64,000 nucleotides of DNA from Bacteroidales bacterium (GTDB taxonomy: Bacteria > Bacteroidota > Bacteroidia > Bacteroidales > UBA7960). The notes beneath the pieces are model-generated. The model was not told the origin of the DNA. It did not search any database and was given only the letters and a program-made list of their open reading frames with translations. Made by a program: the position numbers and the translations under genes. The stretch lies in NCBI GenBank assembly GCA_003559735.1, contig PWKN01000001.1:2327-66326 (forward strand), given 5' to 3'. Below, in pieces: positions 28,452 to 37,783 of this stretch; the stretch's first letter is position 1; each line of letters opens with the position of its first letter.

Positions 28452-30971
28452 TCACATAAACAAGCTCCCGGTTTGGTAGACCATGAATGCAACCACCCAT
28501 GCGGTGACCGTTGTATAGATCACCGTAAATACCCCCCATTTCCAGTGTCCGGATTCTCTTGATATGGTGGCAATGACGCCGATACAGGGAAAATAAAGCA
28601 GCGTGAACAACATAAATGAAATGGCGACCAGCGGGTTAAATACAGGCTCCCCCTTAAGTGGTCCGGTAGTGTGGGTCTGGCTTTGAATTTTTTCTACCAG
28701 TGTCTTGCTGTGTGCCTGCACTGTTTCATCAACCTGGTAAAGGACCGCAATGGTGCTTACCACGATCTCCTTGGCTGCCACTCCTGATAAGATGCTGATG
28801 GTCATTTTCCAGTCAAATCCCAGGGGAGCCATTAAGGGTTGTAACGATTTTCCGAGTCTGCCGATATAGCTTTTCTCCTGCCGCTCCAGGTGCATACTGG
28901 TTTCCATGTTGCGCAGTGCACGTTGTTTTTCCTCCTGGAGCAACTCTGGTGCGTCAACATCACCAGGTATTGTTGCCGTTCGTTCTGCATAGGAATCAAT
29001 GATGGCTGCCCTTTTTTCTTCAATGGTCGCGGTATAGTCGATTCCGGCCGGGAAATAACCAAGTGCCCAGATGATCACAGATGCCACCAGGATGATGCCG
29101 CTGATCTTTTTCAGGTAATGTACCGCCCTGCTCCACATGTGTACCACGATCGCTTTCATGGTGGGGATTCGGTAAGGGGGTAGTTCCATGACGAATGGGG
29201 CTTCTTCTGCACGGAACAGTGTTCTTTTGAACAGCAATGCCATGCCGATGGCCACCAAAATGCCTGTTGCATAGATCATGAAGAGCATGGTCCCCTGGTA
29301 TTCGACAAAGAAGGCAGAAATAAACAAAACATATATGGGTAGCCGTGCACTGCACGATATAAAGGGATTGATCAGCATGGTGAGCATACGGTCGTTGCGG
29401 TTTGCCAGGGTACGTGTGGCCATGATGGCCGGCACATTACACCCAAACCCCATCAGTAACGGGATGAAAGACTTACCGTGCAGGCCTATCTTGTGCATGA
29501 GCTTGTCCATGATGAACACTGCACGTGACATGTAGCCGGTGTCTTCCATCAGACTGATGAAAAGGAACAGGATCATGATGTTTGGCAGAAAAACGATCAC
29601 CCCGCCCACGCCGCTTACAACACCGTTGATCAGGAGATCTTTCAACATGCCAGGATGCATATGCTGGTCCAGGAACCGGCTCAGGTGTTCAACACCGGTT
29701 TCAATCCATTCCATCGGATAGCTTCCCAGGACAAATGTCGTTGAAAACATCACCCACATAAAAAACAGGAATATCGGGAATCCAAATAGTTTGTGGGTCA
29801 GGAATGTATCGATGATCTCACTTGCTTTCCTCTTTTCTGATTCACCGGGTTGCAATGTCTCTTTGAGCGCCCCTGAAATGAAACCGTATTTCAGATCGGT
29901 AATTGCTGATTCAGGAGGCTCACCAAATTCCCGTTCCAGTTTTTGTTTTTCCTGTTCTGCAACAGCAAGAATATCCTGATGATTATGGCACTCTTTGCGG
30001 ATCTTACTTGCAGCCTCCTTATCATTTTCCAGCAATTTAATGGCCAAAAACCGGGAAGAAACCATGTCGGTCAGGTACTCGTTCCCTTCTTTGTTGATAG
30101 GGGCCTGGATCTTCTTTAATGAATCCTCCACCAATGTGCCATGGTTTATATGAATGTGCCTGACCACCTCATCGCGGTCTTCATACACTTCAATCACTTT
30201 CTGAAATACTTCTTTTATGCCCCTGCCTTTATGACTCATTGCCGGAATAACGGGGACACCGATCATGCGGCCCAGGCTTTCATAGTCGAGTTGATCACCC
30301 TTTGACTGCATTTCATCATACATGTTCAGTACCATCACCACACGAATGTCCATATCGATCAGTTGGGTGGTCAGGTAAAGGTTGCGTTCAAGATTTGATC
30401 CATCAACGATGTTGATCACTACATCGGGGACGTTTTCAGTAATGAATTCGCGTACAAATATTTCTTCGGGGGTGTAGGCAGAAATGGAATAGGTGCCCGG
30501 CAGGTCAGTGATATTGAACCGGTATCCGTTTAAATGGTACGTTGCTTCCTTGGCTTCAACAGTAACCCCGCTGTAATTGCCCACCCGTTCGCGCGAACCG
30601 GAAGCATGATTGAAAAAAGTGGTTTTTCCGCTGTTCGGATTGCCCACGAGGGCCACGTTGATCTGGCTTCCTGGCTTTCGGTAAGTCCCGGCTTTTTCCG
30701 TAAAAAACACCCCGTCAAAAACCTGGTCTTTTACCGGACGAAAATCCTTTTCGGGGATCACTTCGATCAAACGGGCCTCGCTGCGACGGAGGGAGACGTT
30801 GTAGCCCATGACATTGTATTCGACAGGGTCGCGCAAAGGGGCTTTCTTGATCACCTGAACCACTTTCCCAACAACAAATCCCATCTCTATGATGCGGCGA
30901 CGAAACCCGCCACGGCCCTTTACCTTGGTGATAATCCCTTTTTCCCCGCTTTGTAGATCGTATAGGGTCAT
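28452..30971 (-). CDS. feoB: Ferrous iron transporter, FeoA-FeoB fusion
   Basis: N-terminal FeoA SH3-like segment (LQSGEKGIITKVKG), G-domain GNPNSGKTTFFN, large C-terminal permease. Confidence 0.95.
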   Translation of the reverse strand: MTLYDLQSGEKGIITKVKGRGGFRRRIIEMGFVVGKVVQVIKKAPLRDPVEYNVMGYNVSLRRSEARLIEVIPEKDFRPVKDQVFDGVFFTEKAGTYRKPGSQINVALVGNPNSGKTTFFNHASGSRERVGNYSGVTVEAKEATYHLNGYRFNITDLPGTYSISAYTPEEIFVREFITENVPDVVINIVDGSNLERNLYLTTQLIDMDIRVVMVLNMYDEMQSKGDQLDYESLGRMIGVPVIPAMSHKGRGIKEVFQKVIEVYEDRDEVVRHIHINHGTLVEDSLKKIQAPINKEGNEYLTDMVSSRFLAIKLLENDKEAASKIRKECHNHQDILAVAEQEKQKLEREFGEPPESAITDLKYGFISGALKETLQPGESEKRKASEIIDTFLTHKLFGFPIFLFFMWVMFSTTFVLGSYPMEWIETGVEHLSRFLDQHMHPGMLKDLLINGVVSGVGGVIVFLPNIMILFLFISLMEDTGYMSRAVFIMDKLMHKIGLHGKSFIPLLMGFGCNVPAIMATRTLANRNDRMLTMLINPFISCSARLPIYVLFISAFFVEYQGTMLFMIYATGILVAIGMALLFKRTLFRAEEAPFVMELPPYRIPTMKAIVVHMWSRAVHYLKKISGIILVASVIIWALGYFPAGIDYTATIEEKRAAIIDSYAERTATIPGDVDAPELLQEEKQRALRNMETSMHLERQEKSYIGRLGKSLQPLMAPLGFDWKMTISILSGVAAKEIVVSTIAVLYQVDETVQAHSKTLVEKIQSQTHTTGPLKGEPVFNPLVAISFMLFTLLYFPCIGVIATISRESGHWKWGVFTVIYTTVTAWVVAFMVYQTGSLFM

Positions 30972-30985
30972 ATGCGCTGTCAGAC

Positions 30986-31018
30986 TGCAGTTTTTATTAA
31001 GATTGAATTAAAACTGCA
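30986..31018 (-). terminator. 9-bp hairpin between the lipoprotein gene and feoAB
   Basis: TGCAGTTTT (30986-30994) pairs with AAAACTGCA (31010-31018), 15-nt loop. No clear U-tail, and it abuts the feoAB -7 motif. Function uncertain. Confidence 0.25.
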
Positions 31019-31026
31019 CAAAGATA
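31019..31026 (-). promoter_or_regulatory. TAnnTTTG (-7 type) promoter motif for feoAB
   Basis: The reverse strand reads TATCTTTG, 48 nt upstream of the feoAB ATG. Confidence 0.4.
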
Positions 31027-31043
31027 GGGAATTTTTCTGATAG

Positions 31044-31469
31044 TTACTCCAGTTCGTCCAGCATTTCCCTGACATTCCTTGAAACCTCGTTGGTTTTTTT
31101 CCGGGCATCCCGGTATGTCTGCTGGGCACTTGCGCGGACGGACTCCCATGTTTCAAGGGTTGCTTGTCTGACGTTCTCTCTTTCTGCATCGATCTTATCC
31201 ACTTCCTTTTTCAGTTCCGCACGTGATTCATCCAGCTTTTCCTTTACTTCGCCCGTGGCTTGCTCAATTTCTTCTTCAAGATATTCGATGCGTTCTTCTA
31301 TGTCATTCCTTAACTGCCTGATTTGAAGCTCTGTATCTTCCTTGACCTCTTTTAATTGTCTTTTTTGTGCCTGTTGCTGTCCCCCTCCGCATGAACTGAT
31401 GATAACTGACAGGATAAAAATGGTGGCCAGGTAAAAAGTGGTTTGGCGTTTTTTCAGTAAGATTTTCAT
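31044..31469 (-). CDS. Coiled-coil lipoprotein (hypothetical)
   Basis: Signal peptide with lipobox IISSC, followed by about 110 aa of highly charged heptad-like sequence. Confidence 0.6.
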   Translation of the reverse strand: MKILLKKRQTTFYLATIFILSVIISSCGGGQQQAQKRQLKEVKEDTELQIRQLRNDIEERIEYLEEEIEQATGEVKEKLDESRAELKKEVDKIDAERENVRQATLETWESVRASAQQTYRDARKKTNEVSRNVREMLDELE

Positions 31470-31518
31470 AATGTCATATTTTTTGGTGAATAAGAAAAAA
31501 AAGAATACGTATATGCAG

Positions 31519-31549
31519 TTTTTTTTAATTTTCCGAAAATTAAAAAAAA
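31519..31549. repeat. Perfect 31-bp A/T palindrome
   Basis: TTTTTTTTAATTTTC c GAAAATTAAAAAAAA. 15-nt arms around a single central base, inside a 96-bp AT-rich spacer. Confidence 0.85.
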
Positions 31550-31565
31550 ATTTTGATATAAAAAA

Positions 31566-32897
31566 CTATTTGGCTGTTTGTTTTTGCCTGTGTTTTTCCA
31601 TGTATTGCTCAAACAGGCGTTTGTGTTTATCCTGCCGGTCAATTTGTCTCCCCCTTATGAATACCTGCTCTTTTCTTATCATCAGCTCCAGCGGGTTGCC
31701 GCCGGTGATCATCAGGTTTGCATACTTCCCGGGTTCTATGCTGCCTGTAATGTCATCAATGCCCAGGATCTTTGCTGCATTGATCGTGATGGCCTTCAAT
31801 GCTTCCTCTTCCGGCAGTCCGAATGCCACCGCTGAAGCCGCATGGTGATGTATGCGGTATGCGCTGGCAGCCCCTGCGTCTCCTGCAATACAAAAGGTTA
31901 CACCGGCATTATGCAATACCGCAGGGGTTGTATACCCCTGGCTGTATCCTTCCCATTGCCGGGCAGGTCCGCCAATCACACCCGTAAGCATCACCTGAAT
32001 GTTTTTCTCTGCCAGCTGGTCGGCTGCCAGATGCAGATCCCTGTTGCCGACAAGGACCGTTCGGAGTTGTTCTGATGTTGCCCAGGCCATTGCTGCCTGA
32101 ATTTGTCGTATATTGTTAACCCTGATAAACACTGGCATATCTCCGCGAATGACCGGTATCATCGCTTCCCATCGACTGTCAAACGGATGGTGAAAAGGTG
32201 TTTTGGCCGACCTGGCCTGTTCGTAGCGGCGGACTTTATCAAATGCTTCATGAAGTGCCCTGAGTTCTTTCCGGTATTGATCAGCATCACCCATGGATGG
32301 CCATTCGATGACCATCCCCAGGTCCTCCCTGAGTGTCATTTCCTCCCACGTCCAGCCGTCTGTGACCATTGCCGACGTTATGCCGGAAATGAGGCTTCCA
32401 CGTGGTGTTGGCACTACGGTAGTCACCCCGTGTACAGCGGCTACAGGCAAATGTTCGCTTGCCGGGTGGAATGCAACGTGTGCCCTGATATTCGGGTTGA
32501 TGTTTCCGGTTTCCCGGAGGTCTGTACTCTCCGCAATACGCACGATCTCGGTTAATCCGATGGTGCTGTGCCCGTGAATAAAACCCGGGTAAATATACTT
32601 GCCGGCAGCATCGATTACCGTTGCTCCAGGGGGGATGTCAACACCATGCCCTACGGCAGTGATCAGTCCGTCTTCAAAAACTACCGTCCCTTCTTCGATC
32701 ACTCCCTGGGTAATTGTATTGATGGTGCCCCCGGTGATCGCAACCGCATGTTGCTGGGGTGGTGCGGGAATTTGCGCGGTCGATATTGTGGTTTTTGTGA
32801 GAACGGCCACCGGCAGGATCATAATGAACAGGCTTTTCTTAAATCTGTAGTCTATTAATGGGTTCATATGCATATTCTCTTTTATGTTTACGGTCAC
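31566..32897 (-). CDS. Secreted amidohydrolase family protein
   Basis: Signal peptide and metal-binding start motif YPGFIHGHS (HxH). About 440 aa amidohydrolase layout. Confidence 0.85.
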   Translation of the reverse strand: MTVNIKENMHMNPLIDYRFKKSLFIMILPVAVLTKTTISTAQIPAPPQQHAVAITGGTINTITQGVIEEGTVVFEDGLITAVGHGVDIPPGATVIDAAGKYIYPGFIHGHSTIGLTEIVRIAESTDLRETGNINPNIRAHVAFHPASEHLPVAAVHGVTTVVPTPRGSLISGITSAMVTDGWTWEEMTLREDLGMVIEWPSMGDADQYRKELRALHEAFDKVRRYEQARSAKTPFHHPFDSRWEAMIPVIRGDMPVFIRVNNIRQIQAAMAWATSEQLRTVLVGNRDLHLAADQLAEKNIQVMLTGVIGGPARQWEGYSQGYTTPAVLHNAGVTFCIAGDAGAASAYRIHHHAASAVAFGLPEEEALKAITINAAKILGIDDITGSIEPGKYANLMITGGNPLELMIRKEQVFIRGRQIDRQDKHKRLFEQYMEKHRQKQTAK

Positions 32898-32953
32898 TTT
32901 CTGTCAGATTACCTGAACAGCAACTATACGTGTTATCGGGATAAGTATTTGGA

Positions 32954-35872
32954 TTATTTCTTATTTACAGTGGACTGGTGTGTTTTCCGTATGATGGCGT
33001 TAATGATCATAGCCCTTTCGCTGTTTACCTCTTCCCTGAGGAGTTTGTCGGCTTCGCGGTCAAAATATTTTCTTCCATCCAACCAGGTTTGGTCGGGGAT
33101 AGAAAAAGATGACAACGGATGTCCGTTCCATATTACAAAATCGGCATCCTTTCCTGGCTCCAGTGACCCAACCCTGTGGTCAATCCCCATGATCTTTGCC
33201 GGGTGGAGGGTGATTAAGTTCATTGCATCGGACTCAGGTACCCCTGTCATCACAGTTTTTGCCGCCTCCCAGTTCATTCTTGTTGACAGCTGTGTGTTGT
33301 CAGAATGAAGGGCGGTTAGCACACCCACCTCGTTCAGCAGGCGTGCATTGTAGAGTATGCCATCATATGCTTCCACTTTGAATGATGACCAGTCCGACCA
33401 TACCACTGCAGCTGCTCCGTGCTCTTTCAACTCATCTGCAATTTTATACCCTTCGAGGGTATGCTCAAAAGAACCCACAGTAAAGCCGAACTCTTCTGCG
33501 AGTCGCATCATCATGAGCATCTCATCCTGCCGGTAGGCATGTACATGTGCCTTCCTGTGTCCTTCAATGACCCCGGCAATGGCTTCCAGCTGCAGGTCGC
33601 GGCGCGGAGGGAGTCCATGCTGGTTGTCCTCCCATCGTTGCCATGCAAGCCGGTACTCAACTGCCGCCTTCAATGCATCCCTGATCAATTGCTCAGTACC
33701 CTGCCTGGTGTTGGGATATCTTGATGACAATCGCTTTACATTTTCTCCAAGCGCCAGTTTCAGTCCGGGAGCCGCATCCTCTATCAGCATGTCAGCAGGC
33801 AATTGTCCCCAGCGCATCTTTACCACCGCATTTTGTCCGCCAATTGGGTTGGCTGAGCCATGATACAGGGTGGCAGAAGTGATGCCGCCGGCCAGCAGGC
33901 GGTATATCCATACGTTATCGGCATCTATTACATCTTTAATGCGTGTTTCTGAAGTGATGGCATCGGAAAACTCATTCACTCCGCCGGCAATGCTTGTATG
34001 CAGATGAGGGTCAATCAGTCCGGGAGTTACGTGCCTGCCCACGGCATCAACCTCTTTTGTCCCCCGTGGCACTTCCAGCTGATGACCCACTGAAACGATC
34101 TTCCCGGCTGATACCAGCAGATCAGCATTGTTCATTATGCCACCGGGACCCTGTGTCCATATGGTCGCGTTGCGAATAACCACGTGACCGGGTTGAACGG
34201 GCTTGCCTGGTATTCCATATGCCATGCCCGGATGGCGGACAGGCAGATCCAGGATCTCCCGGGATGACTTTTTCCGGTCATTGTTTGCATTTTCTGTTCC
34301 CTCATCGCGACTGGCCATCCAGCTAAAAGTACCGGTATTGCCGGTCGTTCCGATCCCAAGCATCTTGTTGTGGCGTACTGTGGCCGACATGTTACAGATC
34401 CCTTCCAGGCCAAGAGAATCACCTGGAAACCCAAAGGTCAGCCGTTCATTATCAAAACGCAGCCAGGTGAGCCTGGTGGCATTGTCATCGTGTCGTATGC
34501 TGCCGCGCAGACGGTTGTCGTCTCCTTCAATTGTGATCGTGGCCCCTTCCAAGAGACCTGCGGAAGCCAGGCGCCATGCTCCCTGCACTTTTTCGCGGAC
34601 CTCCCTGACCCTGTATTGAATTCCGTCAACCCAAACTGCTTCAATGGCTGTTGGCTCATTAAACAGGTCTGCGCCTGAAATTATGAAGCTGGCACTTTTT
34701 CCTGTTTCAAGTGTCCCGTAAAGGTGATCAATGCCAGCCAATTTTGCAGGGATGGTGGTAAGTGAGGCCAAAGCCACGTTTTTATCGAGGCCGCGCTCCA
34801 CTGCTGTCTGAAGGTTACTCAGAAACCTTTGTCCACTGCCGTAGGAGGTATAGGCCGTTTGAATGTTTGCTTCCGAAAGCTTTGACGGATTCGCGGGAGC
34901 CAGGTACCAATGGCGGAGATCCCCGAGCGATACGTCCATTTCTTGTTCCGGACTCATCACACTGGGCGGGTCAGGAAAATTGAGCGGCAGGATTACCGGC
35001 AACCGGGTGTGCACGATGGCATCCAAACGGCGGTACTCGTGTCCGCTCCCCAATACAACAGCATTCAGACTGAAGGAGTTGGCAATCTCCGAGGCCTTTA
35101 AAAACCAATGCTCGTTTTCAACGTCAAAAACAAAAGGAAGGTTCTGCTTCCGGGCCATGGCGATGCTGTTCAGGGCCTTGCTTGTTTCGGGTCGCGGTAT
35201 CCCTCTGTTCTTTCTGTAGTGTTCATGGGCGTCAATATACCATGCGGCATCCAGCAGGGTTTGCCGCATCAGGGCAACGGACCCCATAGCGGAAGAGGGG
35301 TATGAAGATCCAAGGTCATCTGATGGCCGGAAGGAGATCTGGTGGGAAATATCCGGACGGATCAGTTGCCGTGCAGCATCTCCTTCGCCCAAAGCCACTA
35401 TGCTTCCTTTTCCCCGGAAAATACCATGCGCCTGAAATACCTGTGCAACGACAAAACCCATCGAACGCAAAGCAGCCGCTTCTTCCCTTTCGGGCCTGAA
35501 ATGTTCGGCAGAGCTGTAATGGCTGCGAACCTGTGGATTCCAGTAATGATGGTCGTCCTTATCGGGACAGGGCATGCCATAGTGTGTCATCAGGTCTATA
35601 AAACCAGGGTAAACAATTCGTCCTGTTATATCAACCTGGTATGCATCGGGGGGAATTGTCACATCACGGCCTGCCGCCTCAATGATACCATCCCTCACAA
35701 CAATCGTTCCGCCAACGATTGTATTACCTGGTTCTATGACCAGCTTACCATTTGTCAGCGCAAAAACGGCCGGAGTATTCTCGCGCAATCCGGTTTGTCT
35801 GGCGGTTTGTGCAGCGGTTTGCAACGAAATTGAGAAACAAAATACCAATAACAAAAAACGTAGTTGAACCAT
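32954..35872 (-). CDS. Secreted two-module amidohydrolase family protein
   Basis: Signal peptide. First module PGFIDLMTHYG (HxH not intact). Second module PGLIDPHLHTS (HxH intact). 972 aa. Confidence 0.85.
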   Translation of the reverse strand: MVQLRFLLLVFCFSISLQTAAQTARQTGLRENTPAVFALTNGKLVIEPGNTIVGGTIVVRDGIIEAAGRDVTIPPDAYQVDITGRIVYPGFIDLMTHYGMPCPDKDDHHYWNPQVRSHYSSAEHFRPEREEAAALRSMGFVVAQVFQAHGIFRGKGSIVALGEGDAARQLIRPDISHQISFRPSDDLGSSYPSSAMGSVALMRQTLLDAAWYIDAHEHYRKNRGIPRPETSKALNSIAMARKQNLPFVFDVENEHWFLKASEIANSFSLNAVVLGSGHEYRRLDAIVHTRLPVILPLNFPDPPSVMSPEQEMDVSLGDLRHWYLAPANPSKLSEANIQTAYTSYGSGQRFLSNLQTAVERGLDKNVALASLTTIPAKLAGIDHLYGTLETGKSASFIISGADLFNEPTAIEAVWVDGIQYRVREVREKVQGAWRLASAGLLEGATITIEGDDNRLRGSIRHDDNATRLTWLRFDNERLTFGFPGDSLGLEGICNMSATVRHNKMLGIGTTGNTGTFSWMASRDEGTENANNDRKKSSREILDLPVRHPGMAYGIPGKPVQPGHVVIRNATIWTQGPGGIMNNADLLVSAGKIVSVGHQLEVPRGTKEVDAVGRHVTPGLIDPHLHTSIAGGVNEFSDAITSETRIKDVIDADNVWIYRLLAGGITSATLYHGSANPIGGQNAVVKMRWGQLPADMLIEDAAPGLKLALGENVKRLSSRYPNTRQGTEQLIRDALKAAVEYRLAWQRWEDNQHGLPPRRDLQLEAIAGVIEGHRKAHVHAYRQDEMLMMMRLAEEFGFTVGSFEHTLEGYKIADELKEHGAAAVVWSDWSSFKVEAYDGILYNARLLNEVGVLTALHSDNTQLSTRMNWEAAKTVMTGVPESDAMNLITLHPAKIMGIDHRVGSLEPGKDADFVIWNGHPLSSFSIPDQTWLDGRKYFDREADKLLREEVNSERAMIINAIIRKTHQSTVNKK

Positions 35873-36146
35873 ATGTGTGCAATTTTTCAGCCTTCAATAT
35901 GAGTAATGCAGGCCTGGATGTTGGCAGGGGTTTGGGTCCCTGTAACGAATTTTTAACTGAAACAAAAGGCTAAAATTAGCAATAAAAATCAATAACATTT
36001 GTGAAAACCATTCCCCATTTGTGGTATATATTCCCTGATCATGTCGGATTTTATATGTATATTAGGCCGAAAATGAACAATATGACCTGTTTATGAACAA
36101 TGGCATGTATTATGCCACCACAGGGTCTACCTGACAGAGGGTGTCG

Positions 36147-36175
36147 CCGGAAGCGCAAGCATCCGGTTCTTGTTT
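36147..36175 (+). terminator. Terminator-like or attenuator hairpin in the trehalose operon leader
   Basis: CCGGA-A-GC-GCAA-GC-A-TCCGG (GNRA tetraloop) followed by TTCTTGTTT, 31 nt before the ATG at 36206. Confidence 0.3.
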
Positions 36176-36205
36176 ACCAAAACACAATAAAAAAATGATA
36201 AACGG

Positions 36206-37762
36206 ATGAAAGAAGGGAAAAAACTAAAGGCAAAGGATATTGATGCATTGATCTTTGATCTTGACGGGGTGATCACCCAAACACGGGATACGCACAAAAA
36301 GGCCTGGAAACAGCTTTTTGACAGTTTTCTGGAGGAAAGAGGGATGAATGACCGTTTGGGTGAGGGCGATTATGAAGAGTATCTTGATGGCAAGCCTCGC
36401 TATGAAGGGGTAAAAAGCTTTTTGTTGTCACGGAACATCAGTTTGCCTTATGGCAGCGAGAATGATCCGTCTGAAAAAGAGACCGTATGCGGACTGGGAA
36501 ACAGGAAAAATGAGTTCTTTAACCGGTTGATCAGTAAAGAGGGGGCAGAAGTATACGACGAGGCCGTTGCAAGCCTCAGGAAATGGCGGCGCATGGGCAT
36601 CAAAACAGCTATTGTCTCATCCAGTAAAAACTGTAAGGCCATTATCGAAAAGGCTGGGATCGATCACTTATTTGATGTGCGTGTTGATGGGTTGGTAGCT
36701 GCTGAACGCGGCCTCAGCGGCAAGCCCGATCCCACTATTTTTCTTGAAGCTGCAAGAGAACTGGATGTCCGCCCCGAACGTTCCATTGTTTTTGAAGATG
36801 CCATTTCCGGGGTGCAGGCCGGACAGCGTGGGTTTTTCGGACTGGTTGTAGGGGTGGCCCGCTTTGACAACCGCGATGAGCTGTTGCGCCATGGCGCCGA
36901 TATGTGCATTGATTCATTTGATCAGTTCGATCTGTTTGGTGATGAACATATTGCCGGCTATTTCCGGTATACAAAACCCATGGTGTTTTCGGCAGGATCA
37001 GATGTGTTTGACATACTTAAGCAAAAAAGACCTGTGTTTTTTCTCGATTATGATGGTACCCTGACACCCATCGTCAACCGTCCGGAAGATGCACAGATCT
37101 CTGCCACCATGCGCAGTACCCTGTCTGAACTGGCCGGACGGTTCACTGTAGCGGTTGTAACCGGGAGGGATAAAGAGGATGTGGAGGACTTTATCGGATT
37201 GGATCAGTTGATATATTCGGGCAGTCATGGGTTTGTAACCTCCGGACCAGGAGGTATGTATATGGAACACGAACAATCGGAAGAGATCATCCGCCAGCTT
37301 GATCAAGCAGAAAAGGACCTTCACCGGCTGCTCGACAATAAGGGTGAAGGTGTGCAGATAGAACGCAAGAAATATGCAATTGCCGTTCATTACAGGAATG
37401 CACCGGAGAAATACGTGCCGCAGGTGATGGAAAGTGTTGACCAGTTGGTGGGAAAAGGAGAATCATTGAAGAAAGGCGAGGGGAAGAAAGTGGTTGAGGT
37501 GAAACCCGACATTGACTGGCACAAGGGCAAAGCGGTATGGTGGATAATGGAGGCCCTCGGACTGGACAAACAAAAGGATACGGTCCCTGTTTTCATTGGA
37601 GATGATGTTACCGATGAAGACGCCTTCAAGGTCTTAAAAGGCAAGGGTATAGGCATACTTGTCGAAAACCGTGGCCAGGAGACCTGCGCAGACTACAGTC
37701 TTAAAAACGTGTTCCAGGTAGAGCAGTTCTTTAAAAAAGTGATTGAGTTGTACGCCGGATAA
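36206..37762 (+). CDS. Fusion protein: beta-phosphoglucomutase-like HAD domain + trehalose-6-phosphate phosphatase domain
   Basis: N-terminal half: [25 protein letters not shown] (beta-PGM motifs). C-terminal half: [31 protein letters not shown] (OtsB-type motifs). Confidence 0.85.
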   Translation: MKEGKKLKAKDIDALIFDLDGVITQTRDTHKKAWKQLFDSFLEERGMNDRLGEGDYEEYLDGKPRYEGVKSFLLSRNISLPYGSENDPSEKETVCGLGNRKNEFFNRLISKEGAEVYDEAVASLRKWRRMGIKTAIVSSSKNCKAIIEKAGIDHLFDVRVDGLVAAERGLSGKPDPTIFLEAARELDVRPERSIVFEDAISGVQAGQRGFFGLVVGVARFDNRDELLRHGADMCIDSFDQFDLFGDEHIAGYFRYTKPMVFSAGSDVFDILKQKRPVFFLDYDGTLTPIVNRPEDAQISATMRSTLSELAGRFTVAVVTGRDKEDVEDFIGLDQLIYSGSHGFVTSGPGGMYMEHEQSEEIIRQLDQAEKDLHRLLDNKGEGVQIERKKYAIAVHYRNAPEKYVPQVMESVDQLVGKGESLKKGEGKKVVEVKPDIDWHKGKAVWWIMEALGLDKQKDTVPVFIGDDVTDEDAFKVLKGKGIGILVENRGQETCADYSLKNVFQVEQFFKKVIELYAG

Positions 37763-37783
37763 CCAATTGGAGTTTGTCAATGA

